From Octopus sinensis (taxonomy: Eukaryota), in the NCBI RefSeq assembly GCF_006345805.1, contig NC_042999.1:24490001-24554000 (forward strand): DNA of 64,000 bases, written 5' to 3'. Both the position numbers and the translations under genes were made by a program. Position 1 is the stretch's first letter. Every line of letters begins with the position of its first letter. Shown piece by piece: positions 23,901-35,266 of this stretch. The notes beneath the pieces are model-generated. The model was not told the origin of the DNA and ran no database searches. It saw only the letters and a program-made list of their open reading frames with translations.

Positions 23901-26900
23901 AAATCATGGTGTACCTAGGCACATAGACACGTGGGTACATATATGCATACATAGATATGCGACTGTGTGTGTAAAGTGATGGATTCAAGGGCTTCATTTA
24001 TTTGTGAGTTGATTTCTTAATTTCACCATAGTATAAATACCTATAGGGCATGGCTGTGTGGTTAGGGAGCTTGCTTCCTAACTGCATGGTTTCGGGTTCA
24101 GTCCCACTGCGTGGCACTTTGGGGTAGGTGTCTTCCGCTATAGCCCCAAGCCGACCAAAGCTTTGTGATTGAATTCGGTAGGTGGGAGTTACTGCCGTGT
24201 GTGTATGTGTGCGTATAGCTGCTCAGTGCCTCTCCGAAAGAGAGAGAGGGGGGTGATAATTAAAAATAAAAATCTAAAAAGCAGGGGTAAGCAACACATT
24301 ATAATTTGTGAAAAAATTTATCTCTGTGCAGGGTATGCATCGCGCCACCGATTCCTTTTTTTCATTATTATTATTAGTATTACTACTATTATAATTATTA
24401 TTGATGCTGCTATTGGCGATATTATCATCATCATAATGTTATGCTTTGGTTTTGCTTTAATTTACCCAAGTTACACCCAAGTCTCAATCAGAGACATCAA
24501 GAGACAATAAGGTTTTGCATCTGAAGATTCTAACAGGTGAGGTGCCATGCAATTGAAAACACCTATGTCTAGGGGAAAAAACAGACTAAGTAAGGTTCCA
24601 TTTATATAGACAGGAATTTATGTGGAATATGTGAGGCACCCATAAGTATGATCTTTTGTAATTCACTTATTTTGGGGCTGGCAAGGATTTGGTCTACATT
24701 TTAGTTTGCTCCTCTTGATATCATTTCAAGTGCCCCATTAATAATAGCCAATGTTGTTTTGAGATGCCATCATCATCATCATCATCATCATTGTTTAACG
24801 TCCGCTTTCCATACTGGCATGGGTTGGACGGTTCAACTGGGGTCTGGGAAGCCAGAAGGCTGCACCAGGCCCAGTCTAATCTGGCAGTGTTTCTACAGCT
24901 GGATGCCCTTCCTAATGCCAACCACTCCGTGAGTGTAGTGGGTGCTTTTTACATGCCACCGGCACAGGTGCCAGACGAGGCTGGCAAACGGCCTTGATCG
25001 GATGGTGCTTTTTACGTGCCACCGGCACGGGGACCAGACGAAGCTGGCAACGGCTACGGTCGGATGGTGCTTTTTACATGCCACCGGCACAGAGGCCAGT
25101 CGGGCGGCGCTGGCTACGGCCATGTTCGGATGGTTCTCTTACGTGCCACCGGCACTGGTATCACAGCTACAAATTCCATTGATGTTGATGGATTACGATT
25201 TTGATTTTCACTTGCCTCAACAGGTCTTCACTTCTGATTTCAGTTTCCAGTTGCAACATCAATCAGAAGACAAGTCTTTTCAGTATGATTAACAATGAGG
25301 TCATGTTGACTTTCCTGTACTTTCCAATCAGTCTGAACACTGAACTTTCAAAGGATTGTAACCTTGGCATTCTGGGAAAGTTGTGGTAACTTGTTGTTTT
25401 TGTGGGAGAGGTTGTATGTGTGGTATATTGATCAGTGTATGCACTGAGCTGCCCTGTCATGCCTTTGCAAGTATTGTTGGTGCTCCTCTGCTTCGTCCAG
25501 AAATTATGTGGTTGGTGCTAAGAGCACCATCTGAGCGCGATCGTTGCCAGAGCGGCTAACTGGCTTCCGTGCTGGTGGCATGCAGGAGGCACCATTCGAG
25601 CGGGATTGTTACCAGCATCGCCTTACTGGCACCTGTGCTGTTGGCATGTGTAAAAAATTCGAGTGAGGTCATTGCCAGTACCACCTGTCTGGCCCAAAAA
25701 ATTCAAGCGTGGTCGTTGCCAGTACCGCCTGACTGGCCCCTGTGCAGGTAGCACGTAAAAAGCACCCACTACACTCTCGGAGTGGTTGGCATTAGGAAGG
25801 GCATTCAACTGTAGAAACTCTGCCAGATCAAGACTGGAGCTTGGTGCAGCCATCTGGTTTGCCAGCCCACAGTCAAACCGTCCAACCCATGCTAGCATGG
25901 AAAATGGACGTTAAACGACGATGATGGTGATGATGGTGATGACGATTGTCTCTGGATGTTCTCTGTATATGCATAATGATGAGCTGCTTTTATATTTCAA
26001 GGGACTGGTCCTGAGCAGCAGTGATATCTCCCTCAATTTCTGGTTTGAGACCAGAGCATAACAGCCACTGATGATTAAGGACTTGATCTACATTGGGTCC
26101 CTGATTCCAATCTGATCACTGCTAATAAGGGCGGTGAGCTGGCAGAAACATTAGCACACCAGGCGAAATGCGTAGCTGTATTTCGTCTGCTGTTACGTTC
26201 TGAGTTCAAATTCCGCCAAAGTCGACTTTGCCTTTCATCCTTTCGGGGTCGATAAATTAAGTACCAGTTACGCACTGGGGTCGATGTAATCGACTTAATC
26301 CGTTTGTCTGTCCTTGTTTGTCCCCTCTGTGTTTAGCCCCTTGTGGGTAATAAAGAAATTTTTTTAAAGAATGTTCAAGACTGTATACTACCAATCCCAT
26401 TCACTACTAAAACTCTTTACACTCTGACACTGGTTCATTTCCTCCCCCATCCTCTCCCCGAACTTATGTCCTTCTCAATTCTCTATTCCTTGTCCTTTTC
26501 TACAGATTTTGTATGTAAACACACAGATACAACAACCATCCCATTTCTTGTCAATACTATTCACTTGCACATTTCCTTTTCTTCTCTCTCTCTCTGTTTC
26601 AATCTCCTTTCTTTCTCCCTCTCTACACATAGTCATCCTCGTAACTTGGTAGTCCACTTATTACTCTGACAATATATATTGAAATATTTCTCCATCAACT
26701 GGTTTATATTTTGAAATGTTTTAACTTGCATAATGGATTTCTTATATATTTATGCTAACCTCAAATGTACATATCAAAATGATTTCAAAATATCACTATT
26801 TGATTTGACTTCATTACTACAACTTATATGCATGCATGTATATATATATATATCGAGGCGCAATGGCCCAGTGGTTAGGGCAGCGGACTTGCTGTCGTAG

Positions 26901-27665
26901 GATCGCGGTTTCGATTCCCAGACTGGGCATTGTGAGTGTTTATTGAGTGAAAACACCTAAAGCTTCACAAGGCTCCTGCAGGGGGTGGTGGTGAACCCTG
27001 CTGTACTCTTTCACCACAACTTTCTCTCACTCTTTCTTCCTGTTTCTGTTGTACCTGTATTTCAAAGGGCCAGCCTTGTCACTCTCTGTGTCACGCTGAA
27101 TATCCCCGAGAACTACGTTAAGGGTGCACATGTCTGTGGAGTGCTCAGCCACTTACACGTTAATTTCACGAGCAAGCTGTTCCGTTGATCGTATCAGCTG
27201 GGACCCTCGTCGTCGTAACCGATGGAGTGCTCCTATATACTATATATATCATATTTACAAGCTAGTAACTCACTCTTTTACTTGTTTCAGGCATTTGACT
27301 GCGGCCATGCTGGAGCACCGCCTTTAATCGAGCAACTCGACCCCGGGACTTATTCTTTTGTAAGCCCAGTACTTATTTTATCGGCCTCTTTTGCCGAACC
27401 GCTAAGTAACGTAAACACACTAGCATCGGTTGTCAAGCGATGTTGGAGGGACAAACACAGACACACACATACATATATACATATATACGACAGGCTTCTT
27501 TCAGTTTCCGTCTACCAAATCCACTCACAAGGCTTTGGTCGGCCCTAGGCTATAGTAGAAGACACTTGCCCAAGGTGCCACGCAGTGGGACTGAACCCGG
27601 AACCATGTGGTTGGTAAACAAGCTACTTACTGTTTAATTTTTTTCGTGTATGTTGTCTGCATCCC

Positions 27666-27716
<51 letters not shown>

Positions 27717-28188
27717 CCACACCCACACACCCATGCTATAAACTAAAATTTGTTTTTTATTTTTATTCATTTCAGGAATTCATACTCGCCGTTATGTTAC
27801 AACACACGGAATCTCTTTGAATTGTAATCCAGAGCTGTCTTGGTTTAAATTCATTGTTCCTTGTGAACTAAAAGGAAAATCAGTTACATCCATATCAAAA
27901 GAAACAAATAGAGAAGTCTCCATCAAAGACGTGACAAAATCGTTTTTGGAAAGTTTCTCAGAAGTATTTAACTGTAGCATTGAAACGTCGATGCTTGAGC
28001 AGCACGAACACATATTCATTCCTCATCAAACCACATTTTCCAGCCAAAATGCATCAGCAACTACAACCCCAACTCCAGCAACTTCTACAGAATTTGCTAG
28101 CAAAACTATAGTTCCACCTGAGACTCTCTACCGTTTACCATCTAAAGAGAAAGAAACTCCTGTAGACAGACAAATACCAATGTGGTGA
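20506..28188 (+). CDS. LIPT2: Lipoyltransferase 2 / octanoyl-ACP:protein N-octanoyltransferase (LipB family); join(20506..20965,27776..28188), 873 nt, 290 aa
   Basis: Spliced translation has LipB motifs EHDPVYTTG, RGGMITFHGPGQLVAYP, RKIGAIG, THGISLN, IVPC. Phase-1 GT-AG intron 20966-27775 joins G+GA=Gly and the frame runs to TGA at 28186-28188. Confidence 0.95.
21060..21445 (+). mobile_element. SINE family 3 (tRNA-derived head)
   Basis: tggcccagtggttagg A box, ggtttcaattccc B box; approximate TSD agtg(t/c)gacata. Confidence 0.88.
21515..21950 (+). mobile_element. RTE-clade LINE reverse transcriptase fragment
   Basis: GVHQGSVLSPLLF...LLYADDL...LRVNLAKTKV. Confidence 0.85.
22270..22480 (-). 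mobile_element. RTE-clade LINE fragment (pre-RT linker)
   Basis: YERLLNVEN...IVKAIKDMKTGK...GITTEM. Confidence 0.6.
22671..23060 (+). mobile_element. Non-autonomous Helitron-like element
   Basis: a|TCtctatatat...cccggg...CTAG|t: 5' TC, 3' CTAG, short GC palindrome, inserted between A and T. Confidence 0.6.
24047..24195 (+). mobile_element. SINE family 1, head only
   Basis: tggctgtgtggttagg...ggttcagtcccactgcgtggcac. Confidence 0.7.
24767..25200 (-). mobile_element. SINE family 4
   Basis: Reverse complement of 18789-19196, (ATC)n on left. Confidence 0.82.
25530..25945 (+). mobile_element. SINE family 4
   Basis: Same core and gatgatg tail. Confidence 0.75.
26130..26360 (+). mobile_element. 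SINE family 2
   Basis: ggcggtgagctggcagaaac...ccccttgtgggtaataaagaaat. Confidence 0.85.
26853..27232 (+). mobile_element. SINE family 3
   Basis: High identity to 21060-21445. Confidence 0.85.
27271..27631 (-). mobile_element. SINE family 1
   Basis: Reverse complement of 11489-11903. Confidence 0.85.
27668..27732. repeat. (CT)n(CA)n microsatellite just upstream of the LIPT2 exon 2 acceptor
   Basis: Direct reading. Confidence 0.92.
27776..28188 (+). CDS. LIPT2: LIPT2 coding exon 2 (last)
   Basis: Polypyrimidine tract + tttcAG at 27775; (G)IHTRRYVTTHGISLNCNPELSWFKFIVPCE...QIPMW*. Confidence 0.92.
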
Positions 28189-28484
28189 GCATCAAATGGT
28201 ATGGAGTTTGGTATTGGAGAGAATTGTACATATATATTCCTTTAATTTTGTCTTGCACCACTCAGTTTTCAATTTATTTACAGTGTTTTAAAAAAGGGTA
28301 TTTTTTGTATATTTTATTTTTACATTATTATTTTTCCTAATACAGAACTATAAAATGCAAAATGTACAAAAACAATGAGTAATAATAAAAAAAAAAGGTA
28401 AAAACATACCATGAAAGATAGTTTTGTTCTGCAATTTAATTAATATTGATTTGTTGACTAAATACAATATTGAGGTATAAATAT

Positions 28485-28832
28485 CATGAGGCCAGCGCTG
28501 CCTCAACTGGCTCCAGTGCCGGTGGCACATAAAAAGCACCATCCGAATGTGGCCGATGCCAGCGCTGCCTTGGCTGGCTTCCGTGCCGGTGGCACGTTAA
28601 AAGCACCAACCGATCATGGCTGATGCCGGACTCCCCTGGCACCTGTGCAGGTGGCACGTAAAAAGCACCCACTACACTCGCGGAGTGGTTGGCGTTAGGA
28701 AGGGCATCAAGCTGTAGAAACTCTGCCAGATCAGACTGGAGCCTGGTGCAGCCCCTGGCTTCCCAGACCCCGGTCGAACCGTCCAACCCGTGCTAGCATG
28801 GGAAACGAACGTTAAACGATGATGATGATGAT
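28485..28832 (+). mobile_element. SINE family 4
   Basis: Same core and gatgatgat tail. Confidence 0.8.
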
Positions 28833-29289
28833 GTTTAGCTCTAGTATATTATTGATACGTTTTGACTTTTATCTACTTCAAAGTGATATAAAACAAAAGT
28901 CAACCTCAGAAATTTTTGAATGCAGATTGTACAGAGATATGAATAAAAGACCCTCTATTTTAGTTCATCTGATACACCTGTATAATCTTCCCAACTGCTA
29001 TAATATCCCTTATAATTTAACCCTTTAGCATTTAAACCGGCCATATCTGGCCAAAAGTATTCTGCTTGTTTTATGTTCAAACTGGCCATATCTGGTCTCT
29101 TAAACCAACCCTACCATATCGTTTGAAAAATTAACAGCTACCTCATCAAAATCTCAAAGCTACAAGATAATGCAGGATTAGTTCAAAACAATGTGGATGA
29201 AAAAGGATTAATTTTGGTAGAATAATGCGAACACTAAAGGGTTAATGTCTGTCACATGTATTAGGGCCAGTCACCAGCTTCATATTACC

Positions 29290-29503
29290 CTTTTTACCCT
29301 TTTACTTGTTTCAGTCATTTGACTGTGGCCATGCTGGGGCACCGCCTTTAATCGAGCAAATCGACCCCGGGACTTATTCTTTGTAAGCCCAGTACATATT
29401 CTATCGGTCTCTTTTGCCGAACCACTAAGTGACGGGGACGTAAACATACCAGCATCAGTTATTAAGCAATGCTAGGGGGACAAACACAGACACACACACA
29501 CAC

Positions 29504-29536
<33 letters not shown>

Positions 29537-29715
29537 ATATATATATATATATATACGACGGGCTTCTTTCAGTTTCCGTCTACCAAATCCATTCACAAGG
29601 CTTTGGTCGGCCCGAGGCTATAGAAGACACTTGCCCAAGGTGCCACGCAGTGGGACTGAACCCGGAACCATGTGGTTGGTAAACAAGCTACTTACCACAC
29701 AGCCACTCCTGCGCC
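29290..29715 (-). mobile_element. SINE family 1, full length
   Basis: Ends ...cacagccactcctgcgcc. Confidence 0.88.
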
Positions 29716-29997
29716 TTATGCAGACATAACTGAGTAAACCATAATAATCCTTGCTTCTGAAGGCACAAGGCCTTGAAATTTGTGGGGAGGGGATTAGTCA
29801 ATTATATCGATCCCAGTGTTTCTGTCCACTCTGAGAAACTATCAACTACCACTATTTAATAAGAACTATTTAAAGGACCGGCAAAATCGCTGTGTAGTCT
29901 CAACTATGGAACATCTATTCCTGAACAATGTTTGCTTTTTATCCTTGGGCAATTTTTCATTTCGTTTTGGCTTACATACAGGGGTCCCACACTTGTT

Positions 29998-30520
29998 TTA
30001 CTGCAATTTTTTTTGTTTCAGTCCCTCAACCACATTTGAACCTTCAACTGAACCAGTTATATTTCCACTCAAAACACTTATGGGCATATCTTTCTTCTTC
30101 TTCTTACAGCATTCACCCAGGGGGGTTGAACTGGCTTCATTTATCCTCAATGCTGCATCTCTCACAAACGCCGACCAGGCCTGGCGATTTGAGGCTAACG
30201 ACCGCGTGATCTCCAACCACTCCTTATTCCAACAGCGAACACCATAGATATGGGGGCCTAGGTTGGGTTCCAGATCAGCCTTGACCGTCATCAGCCAGGT
30301 TTTTCTTTGTCCACCACATCGCTTTCGCCAACCCTGAAAGGGAGCTGGGACAATTGCTTCGTAGATGAATTCTCCTGGTTGACGACGGAGGGCGTGACCC
30401 AGCCAACGCAGACGTCTCGTTAGGATGACTTGTCGGAGGGAGGTGATTCTGCACTGGTGTCGTACCGAATTGTTGGAGACAAAGTGGGCATATTCCACAG
30501 CTTGAATAGTTCCATCCACT
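29998..30520 (-). mobile_element. RTE-like LINE C-terminal fragment
   Basis: RRLRWLGHALRR...GGQRKTW...DL...ASNRQAW. Confidence 0.75.
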
Positions 30521-30822
30521 CTGTGCCAAATAAATTAAGTGGACTTTTTAACACGTATAGCTTTGTCTTTTTCATTTGAACTCGAAATGTTACATACGAA
30601 TTCACCGATAAATATAATCTTTTTCCTATAACACCATGTGCTACCTTTTCCGATTTAATTCATTTCAGCTTAACGACATATTTCCAAGTTTTTCATTTAT
30701 AATGGTGATATCACAACCAGTGTCCCTGGTTTTCAGTCATGTTCTGATGTTTCATCATTGTCCTACAGTGCATCTTTATATGTCCTATATTTCCACAATG
30801 AAAACACTCCACACTTTTTAAA

Positions 30823-31237
30823 TACTCTTACTCTTTACTCTTTTACTTGTTTCAGTCATTTGACTGCGGCCATGCTGGAGCACTGCCTTTAGTCGAGCAA
30901 ATCAACCCTGAGACTTATTCTTTGTAAGCCCAGTACTTATTCTATCGGTCTTCTTTTGCCGAACCCCTAAGTGACGGGGACGTAAACACACCAGCATCGG
31001 TTGTCAAGCAATGCTAAGGGGACAAACACAGACACACAAACACACACACATATACATATATATATACATATATACGACAGGCTTCTTTCAGTTTCCGTCT
31101 ACCAAATCCACTCACAAGGCATTGGTCGGCCTGGGGCTATAGCAGAAGACACTTTCCCAAGATGCCACGCAGTGAGACTGAACCCGGAACCATGTGGTTG
31201 GTTAGCAAGCTACTTACCACACAGCCACTCCTGCGCC
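30823..31237 (-). mobile_element. SINE family 1, full length
   Basis: Consensus match. Confidence 0.88.
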
Positions 31238-31654
31238 AATGGACAATTTTTCCTCAGTCTTGGATTATCTGATGCATCTTCCCCCCTCCTCTTTTCATTC
31301 ATAGCACCCCGCTTCTGGCATTAAATTGATTTTCTCAATCACCTCTCACCAGACCAGCAGCACTCTGGAATTTGTACCTCCTTGCATACTTCTTTTGAAA
31401 GAAATTTTTTTTTTCAGCAGTTGTCAAAATACAGAAAGTCAAACTAAACATAAATCGCACCACATTCAGAAAAGTGTTATGCCTTCGTCTCTTAATTTAA
31501 AAAATGAATAACACTGAAATTTATTATATATTTATGCACTGGTCATGACACTCTGACTCCCAAATAAGTTAAGTATGAGGCTTTCATATTTATATGGGAT
31601 AAGAAATCTGAGGCAAGACCTTCATTCTTTCCTTTAGAGCAACTAACCTCTCTT

Positions 31655-32056
31655 TCTCTCTTTTACTAGTTTCAGTCATTTGACTGCGGCCATGCTGGAG
31701 CACCGCCTTTTAATCGAGCAACTCGACCCCAGGACTTATTCTTTTGTAAGCCCAGTACTTATTTTATCGGTAACTTTTGCTGAACCGCTAAGTGACGGGG
31801 ACATAAACACACCAGCATCGGTTGTCAAGCAATGCTAAGGGGACAAACACAGACACACAAACACACACACGCATATATATATATACATATATACGACGGG
31901 CTTCTTTCAGTTTCCGTCTACCAAATCTACTCACAAGGCTTTGGTCGGCCCGAGGCTATAGTAGAAGACACTTGCCCAAGGTGCCACGCAGTGGGACTGA
32001 ACCCGGAACCATGTGGTTGGTAAACAAGCTACTTACCACACAGGCACTCCTGCACC
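31655..32056 (-). mobile_element. SINE family 1, full length
   Basis: Consensus match. Confidence 0.88.
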
Positions 32057-32302
32057 TACACTTTTGTACCACTAAACTTCACTGTATTACACCTTTATTT
32101 AATCTCTATCAAACAAAACTTTATAACTAAAAATATTATACTTAAAAATAATTTAATGATATAAATCATCATCATCATCATTTAACGTCCATTCTCCATA
32201 GTTGGACAGTTTGACCAGAGATGGTAAGGCCAGGGGCTACTCCAGGCTCCATTATCTGTTGTGGCTTGGTTTCTACAACTAGATTCCCTTCCGAATGCCA
32301 AC

Positions 32303-32520
32303 CTATTTCTTTACTACCCCAAGGGGCTAAACACAGAGAGGACAAACGGATTAAGTCGATTATATCGACCCTAGTGCGTAACTGGTTCTTATTTAATCAA
32401 CCCCGAAAGGATGAAAGGCAAAGTCGACCTCGGCGGAATTTGAACTCAGAACGTAGCAGCAGAAAAAATACCACTAAGCATTTCGCCCGGCGTGCTAACA
32501 TTTCTTCCAGCTCGCCACCT
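32303..32520 (-). mobile_element. SINE family 2 nested in a decayed SINE family 4 (32165-32660)
   Basis: SINE-2 consensus splits the gcccttcc...aatgccaacc motif of SINE-4. Confidence 0.75.
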
Positions 32521-33024
32521 TTGTGTGGTTGACATTTCCTAATGCCAACCACACCACAGAGTGTACTGGGCACTTTCTTATGTGGCACCAGCACCAGTGC
32601 TTTTAACATGGCACCAACGTGAGTGCTTTTTATGTGGCACCAGCACCGGTTTCAATTCTGCTGTGGCATTATAAAATAAGTGTCATAGCTTGGCAGGAAG
32701 GGGCTGCTGCTGTCTAGCCCAAAGTCAGCTTTGACTGAATAGGCTTATGACCAAAAGCATTCTAGTTGCAATCATTCCATATTTTTCCAACTTGTTATGA
32801 AACCAGAATCACATTATCCAATAAGTCCTTTTCTAAAATGGTAAGATGGGAAATGAGGAAGATTTGACTGCTATTTCTGGCAGATCACATAGACACTTCC
32901 TTGTTGGTTTGGTACTACATGCTCATAGTTTAGATCCTATTAATGATGTTTTACTCCATTGAGGAAAGTACATAACTCTGCTCCAGTTTTCCTTGCTAAA
33001 ATCTAAAAATTGGTTAGTAGAGAA

Positions 33025-33186
33025 GGTGGCTGTGTGGGTAAGTAGCTTGCTTACCAACCACATGGTTCTGGGTTCATTCCCACTGTGTAGAACCTTGGGC
33101 AAGTGACTTCTACTAGAGCCTTGAGCCGACCAAAGGCTTGTGAGTGGATTTGGTAGATGGAAACTGAAAGAAGCCTGTCGTATATA

Positions 33187-33244
<58 letters not shown>

Positions 33245-33661
33245 AGTAAATAAATGGAGTTGAACGAAAACTCCATTTATTTACTTTACTGCACATTAAC
33301 TCAGAGTTTCTACCTTTGAATAGGTCGCTTCATCCATGTTACTTGCGTGAATTTTGCTACCCTGGTAACTGTTTGTTGAATTGTCCATGTTAACGGTAAA
33401 CAAAGGATAATTCATTCATCCATTTACATATATATATATGTATGTGTGTATATGTTCGTGTGTCTTTGTTTGTTCCCCAACATCGCTTGACAACGGATGG
33501 TGGTGTGTTTACCTCCCCGTAACTTAGTGGTTCGGCAAAAGAGACTGATAGAATAAGTACTAGGCTTACAAAGAATAAGTCCTGGGGTCGACTTGCTCGA
33601 CTAAAGGCGGTGCTCCAGCATGGCTGCAGTCAAATGACTGAAACAAGTAAAAGGGTAAAGA
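33025..33661 (+). mobile_element. SINE family 1 with an about 180-bp insertion in its central microsatellite
   Basis: Head 33025-33185, tail 33440-33661. Confidence 0.82.
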
Positions 33662-34202
33662 ATAGCACCAAGACATATTTTAGGCACCATCTGGTTCTTA
33701 TTACATAAAGTGATACCTAGCATTTATAGCAGCAGCTGGTCAGGTTTTATTTATGTGGAGATAGTGCTCAAAGAGGGTTTAATACAAGATTTTCTTCCAT
33801 ATGTATCATGGATTGCTGGAAGTAAAAAGTTTGTGATGAGTAAATTAAAATAACTTCAACAATGATTTGAATCCTGTATCAGGGTCTTCATTTACTTGGA
33901 GCTTATCTCTTTTTTTATCACACAACTCTACTGTTTAAAAAAATATGATTTCAAAGCAATATATGTATTTCATGGTTCTTTTGTAAATTTTAAAAAAATC
34001 TTCAAAACACACAGAATTTCTAGAGGTATTATTTGTCATAATTATTTCTTACATTTACACAATGTTGTGTTTTTCAAGGTTTCAGTGTAGTCCATAGAAT
34101 CACCCTGGCAGGATTTGAACTGTGAGTACAAGAAGTTGAACCAAAATTCTAAACATTCTGCCCAAAATCCAACCATTTCTGCCATTACAATATCAATAAT
34201 CA

Positions 34203-34340
34203 TCATTGACGCTTAACATCAACCACTTTGAAATCTTCAGCAAGTTCAACTTTGATTAAATTATCACCAACACTTTTAAGAATATCTTCCAAAATTACCT
34301 TCACACTTATTTTGTCTTTGCCAGAATTCTTGCTCTGTGT
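34203..34340 (-). CDS. ELAC1: ELAC1 coding exon 9 (last)
   Basis: gatatAG then [10 protein letters not shown]...[15 protein letters not shown]; AEDF matches the tRNase Z C-terminal motif. Confidence 0.88.
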   Translation of the reverse strand, partial: TQSKNSGKDKISVKVILEDILKSVGDNLIKVELAEDFKVVDVKRQ

Positions 34341-35221
34341 CTATATCAAGAAGGAAGGGAAAAAAATCATTTAGAAATTATCATAAAAATACACACACAC
34401 ATACACCATTACTATCACTCCAATAAGAAAAAGAAGTAAACCTAACTATTCCTTTAAATTAACAAAACCATTTACCTAATTTCTGTTAATCGTGCTCAGA
34501 GTTATTGTTTGTAAGATGGTTGATAATTTTATGGGTGTCTGCCAAACTCCACCCGTCTAACACCTGTGGACATATTTACAAAGTCAGAAAACAGCACAGC
34601 TCCCATGACTTTAGGAAACATTTTTTCATGCTAAGAGTTGTTGAAGTATGGAACAAACTGCCGGCATCAGTTGTTAGTTGTCGGAGCACTGCATCCTTCA
34701 AAACTTCCATGCTTTCTGAGATTCGCCAACACTACACCTGATTTTCTCCCCTCCATACACACGCAAGCATGTATCTGACTCATACATTGTTCGCTTTCCA
34801 GACATTTGTACATTACTGCATATACTCTATACGCACCTGAGCACTGTATACAATAATTTCATTATTATTATTATTATTATTTAAAAATTTTAATGATTCA
34901 ACATGTCTGTCTTGGATTGTGGATTTAGCAAATGTTAGTTACCAGAATGAAAAAATATAAAGATCAATACTAAAAAAATGTTTTCTGAAACATCCAGCCG
35001 ATTGTAATAATCAGCAGAAGCAAGAATATTTTAATAAAACACTTACTGACTCTTCAGGTGACAACACTTGATATCTTTGACTAAAATGTGTTAGAACTAA
35101 ATGCGATGCACCAAGTTCTAAAGCCAACTGACCAACTTGACCTGTGGAAATTTGAAAAATAAATGATTTCATTGCTTTAATTGTTACATTATGAACGGAC
35201 ATAAGAATAATAATAAGAATT

Positions 35222-35266
<45 letters not shown>

